DNA from: Planctomycetota bacterium
GTDB taxonomy: Bacteria > Planctomycetota > B15-G4 > SIAN01
NCBI GenBank assembly: GCA_031409275.1
Contig: JANNXA010000022.1
Span: 192,001-256,000, forward strand
Direction: 5' to 3'
DNA length: 64,000 nt
The notes under the pieces are model-generated. The model was given only the letters and a program-made list of their open reading frames with translations. It was not told the origin of the DNA and did not search any database. The translations under genes were made by a program, and so were the position numbers. This document shows, in pieces, positions 62,482-64,000 of this stretch. Positions within the stretch are counted from its first letter, which is position 1; every line of letters starts with the position of its first letter.

Positions 62482-64000
62482 ATGGCGAGTGCAACCGTTC
62501 ACGTCGTCGAGAGCGCCGCGATGCGGGTCGAGTTTCGTCGCGACGCCGCCGGTCGGCTCGTGCTGCACTCCATCGAGAATCGCGTCGATGGCAGTGTGCT
62601 GAGCTTTCCGCCTGGCCCGCTCTTTCGAGTGATCGTGCGGGCGAGTAGTCCGATCGACTCCTTCACGCCGCTCGACAGCGATGGAGCCACCGGAAGCACG
62701 GTGCCGCAGATCGAGCACGCGGACGGTCCCGCTCCATTCGGCGCGCGCTTCGAGCAACCGCCGCTCGGCGGCCGCAACTTCCTTCGCGCCGACTTCACCT
62801 TCGATTCGATCGGCGGCCGCGAAGACGACTTGAAGATCGTCTTCACCGCTTCGCTGCTCGATGCGCTGCCCGATCGGCTCCTTTGCGCCTGCTACTTCGA
62901 CACCTCGTACGGCCGCGGCATGACCACGAGCGCGCTCTTCTGGTGCGCGCCGATCCTGCTTCGAATGCGACCGTTCGCGCGCGACCACTACCTGATCGCG
63001 ATGAATGGCGGCCTCGTCACTCGCAATCCGCAGGTCGACCTCGTCGGCGACGGCGACGGCTACCGCTTCAACACCGGGCGACCCGTCGGCATCACGGCCC
63101 AGGCACATGACCTTTATCCCGCGGTCGGCTTCGAGCCCGAAACGGCACCGGCCCAGTTCACCGATCGGATGGAGGTCCTCTATCCGACATGGGCATCGAC
63201 GGCGCTCGCCGCCTACGGAAGTCGCGGCGCCGACGGCACGACGCTCTACCTGCACGACAGCCTCCACTTCGCGCCGCGGCGACTCCGCGACACCTTCGCC
63301 GGCGGCCAGCTGCTGCTCGAGCACGAGGCGCTGATCGAGAACGGCATCGCCGCCGGCAACGGTTGGGGAGCGGCGTCGGGCGCCGATTGCCGCCGCGCCG
63401 AGACCTACGTCCGGCTCTTTCGCCGCATCGGGGACGTGCTCGGCGAAGCGGTCGGGCTCGACTACCAGCGCTTCACGCAATCTTCGCCGGAAGGGCGCCT
63501 CATCACTCCGCCGCGACTGATCGATCGCCCCGACCACTCGGCTGGATTGCGCCGTTCACCGCTCTTTCGCACCTACTTCAAGAGCGATGACGAAGACGAG
63601 ACGGGACTCACCGAAGCGATCGCCGAGGAGTTCCGGGAGGCGTTCCCGGCGCTGCGGAACGAGCCGCTCTACCGCGTGAACTACGACCTGCTCTACAGCT
63701 ACAACAACGACGAGAGCGGAACGCATGGCGGAGCGATCGGCAACTCCGTGCCCGACCTGTTCGACCTCGCGGCCGATCCGGGGAAGGTCGCCTACGCGCA
63801 GGAGCTGCGCGACGAGTACGGCCTGCACACGTTCGGTGCGATCGTCGTGCGCCGACCGACACCGTACGACGGCCACGGTTTCTGGGATTCGGAGGCGATG
63901 GATGCAGCGCGCGTCCGCAATCACCTCGAAGCGCTCGATCCGGACTACCGCTCCACCGATGAGTGGCTGAAGGTGGCCGGCGAAGTGACCGCGGTCGCCG
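62482..64000 (+). CDS. Large hypothetical protein, 3' truncated (possibly DUF6259/glycoside-hydrolase-like)
   Basis: Manual translation MASATVHVVESAAMRVEF... is open to the window end with GC3 bias. It is absent from the ORF track because there is no stop. YPTWAS...AAYG...LYLHD motif. Confidence 0.75.
   Translation, partial: MASATVHVVESAAMRVEFRRDAAGRLVLHSIENRVDGSVLSFPPGPLFRVIVRASSPIDSFTPLDSDGATGSTVPQIEHADGPAPFGARFEQPPLGGRNFLRADFTFDSIGGREDDLKIVFTASLLDALPDRLLCACYFDTSYGRGMTTSALFWCAPILLRMRPFARDHYLIAMNGGLVTRNPQVDLVGDGDGYRFNTGRPVGITAQAHDLYPAVGFEPETAPAQFTDRMEVLYPTWASTALAAYGSRGADGTTLYLHDSLHFAPRRLRDTFAGGQLLLEHEALIENGIAAGNGWGAASGADCRRAETYVRLFRRIGDVLGEAVGLDYQRFTQSSPEGRLITPPRLIDRPDHSAGLRRSPLFRTYFKSDDEDETGLTEAIAEEFREAFPALRNEPLYRVNYDLLYSYNNDESGTHGGAIGNSVPDLFDLAADPGKVAYAQELRDEYGLHTFGAIVVRRPTPYDGHGFWDSEAMDAARVRNHLEALDPDYRSTDEWLKVAGEVTAVA

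Noticed and set aside
1..64000. tRNA, rRNA, IS elements, integrase, prophage and defence systems
   Set aside because: No cloverleaf, rRNA-like tract, transposase/recombinase motif or recognisable defence gene seen by eye; a covariance-model scan was not possible.

Overview
Gene-dense, very GC-rich bacterial chromosomal window, most likely from an uncultured Planctomycetota (inferred from the PSD1/PSCyt cytochrome + DUF1501 pair, ASPIC/UnbV FG-GAP proteins and a DUF1080/DUF6797-type protein). About 46 CDS are supported. Housekeeping and stress genes: topA, ppa, Tat-signal Fe-type SOD, DEAD-box helicase, YebC, SUI1/YciH, DTW, bacilliredoxin. Secreted hydrolases: M13, M14, S8, S15, SGNH. Also the end of a Bat operon, a minor-pilin-like operon, and a dehydrogenase-like protein paired with a 5-heme cytochrome. 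I found no rRNA, tRNA, CRISPR array, transposase, integrase or phage genes. The best novelty candidate is a roughly 100-115 aa C-terminal domain shared by three unrelated secreted hydrolases, which may be a lineage-specific sorting/anchoring domain. Others are a pilin-like operon coupled to HEAT and HAMP-like genes, a gene split at a G6 run, apparent leaderless promoters, a sigma54-type promoter, a nested-stem UTR element and a betaproteobacterial-looking ppa. All family assignments come from motif recognition by eye; no database searches were run.
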